From: Syntrophaceae bacterium
GTDB taxonomy: Bacteria > Desulfobacterota > Syntrophia > Syntrophales > UBA2185
Assembly: GCA_003153775.1 (NCBI GenBank)
Contig: PMBI01000062.1
Coordinates: forward strand, 4,110-68,109
Reading direction: 5' to 3'
Length of the DNA: 64,000 bases
The notes beneath the pieces were generated by a model that searched no databases, was not told the origin of the DNA, and saw only the letters and a program-made list of their open reading frames with translations. The first letter of the stretch is position 1; each line of letters begins with the position of its first letter. The position numbers and the translations under genes are program-made. Positions 63,234 through 64,000 of this stretch are shown piece after piece.

Positions 63234-63758
63234 ATGGAGATCAAAGGTAAACGGGTTTTCCTGCTCGTGGAAGACCGGTATCAGGTTCTGGAACTGTGGT
63301 ATCCGCTCATCCGTCTGCGTGAGGCCGGTGCCACGGTAACAGTTGTAGGTCCTGAAGGAGGACGCGTCTATAAGAGCGGCAACGGCTATGAGATTACCGC
63401 AGATGCCTCTGCGGCAGATATCAGGGTTCAGGAATATGACGGTGTAGTTGTGCCCGGTGGATACGCCCCTGATTTAATGCGGCGCAATCCCGCCATGATC
63501 GCCCTTGTACGGGACGCCTACAATCAAGGCAAAGTCGTGGCGGCCATCTGTCACGCAGGGTGGATGCTCGCTTCCGCCGGAATCATCCGGGGAAGAAAAG
63601 TGACCAGCTTCTACAGCATGAAGGACGATATGATCAACGCCGGTGCAATCTGGCTCGATGAGCCCGTCGTCCGTGACGGCTGCATCATAACTTCGCGCAA
63701 ACCAGAAGACCTGCCTTTCTTCTGCGTTGAGATTATCGGCGCCCTATCCGGGAAATAG
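63234..63758 (+). CDS. DJ-1/PfpI family protein
   Basis: 174 aa from ATG 63234. ..YDGVVVPGG.. and nucleophile elbow AAICHAGW. Confidence 0.9.
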   Translation: MEIKGKRVFLLVEDRYQVLELWYPLIRLREAGATVTVVGPEGGRVYKSGNGYEITADASAADIRVQEYDGVVVPGGYAPDLMRRNPAMIALVRDAYNQGKVVAAICHAGWMLASAGIIRGRKVTSFYSMKDDMINAGAIWLDEPVVRDGCIITSRKPEDLPFFCVEIIGALSGK

Positions 63759-63824
63759 ACGAATTGATGAATAATCCCCAGGCGGATAGCCGGTGCTTTC
63801 AGTAATTCAGCCTTTGATGCATTA

Positions 63825-64000
63825 TTACAGGAGACGAGAGAGGTAGGTTCGGAGATTTGTTTTTCTGTCGGCGATGGCGAGCTTCCTTCTTATATTTTTC
63901 CTGTGAAAATCAACTGTCCTCTCTGAAACATTCAGTATCATGGCTACATCCTTGCTCGAATTCCCCTCTTTCACGAGGTCGGCAATTTGCAGCTCCTTGA
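63825..64000 (-). CDS. LuxR/GerE-type HTH regulator, C-terminal fragment (gene continues beyond window)
   Basis: The reverse-strand translation reads KELQIADLVKEGNSSKDVAMILNVSERTVDFHRKNIRRKLAIADRKTNLRTYLSRLL-stop. This is the classical GerE helix-turn-helix. It is absent from the ORF track because no start codon lies inside the window. Confidence 0.75.
   Translation of the reverse strand, partial: KELQIADLVKEGNSSKDVAMILNVSERTVDFHRKNIRRKLAIADRKTNLRTYLSRLL

Noticed and set aside
1-64000. CRISPR array formed by the recurring ~52-bp repeat.
   Set aside because: Copies are separated by 0.4-16 kb of ordinary genes, not by regular 25-50-bp spacers. One copy is inverted and no cas genes are present.

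Overview
This is a 64-kb chromosomal window. All family calls come from reading the supplied translations and the DNA; no searches were run. The gene content includes tungsten-type aldehyde:ferredoxin oxidoreductase, PerR-like Fur plus rubrerythrin, iron-sulfur flavoprotein, two nitroreductases and a B12-binding radical SAM enzyme. This suggests a strictly anaerobic, probably deltaproteobacterial (Syntrophales-like) organism, which is inference only. About 60 protein genes are supported. They include a conserved pgpA-cinA-thpR-recA-recX-alaS block, UPF0182, a RelE/Phd toxin-antitoxin pair, a fused membrane/spermidine-synthase-like protein and an M29 aminopeptidase. An AOR gene sits beside a MoaD-GG, an E1-like ThiF/MoeB and an unassigned 212-aa protein. 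Further genes are LexA, Bpt next to an M16C protease, Sir2, a hybrid sensor kinase, a GGDEF cyclase, a TetR-OMF-MFP-RND efflux operon, a second M16 protease, an MFS transporter, DJ-1/PfpI and a partial LuxR. I saw no rRNA, tRNA, CRISPR array, intact IS element or recognisable defence system. The clearest structure not explained by genes is a dispersed ~52-bp hairpin repeat with at least 7 intergenic copies, two of them a ~120-bp long form. One copy supplies the only in-frame ATG of pgpA and another sits inside the RND operon. The best candidate for an undescribed functional module is the E1-like / MoaD-GG / beta-grasp-like unknown trio beside AOR, but that is inference, not demonstration. Other items are a Cheo-type LexA box on an apparently leaderless lexA and an AT-rich islet with a B12-rSAM gene beside an IS91 transposase remnant. 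There is also a DUF72 remnant, an internally deleted VIT1/CCC1 gene, and a 1.65-kb ORF-poor region holding two DnaA-box-like 9-mers and a tiny Lys-rich ORF. Most of the window is ordinary core genome.
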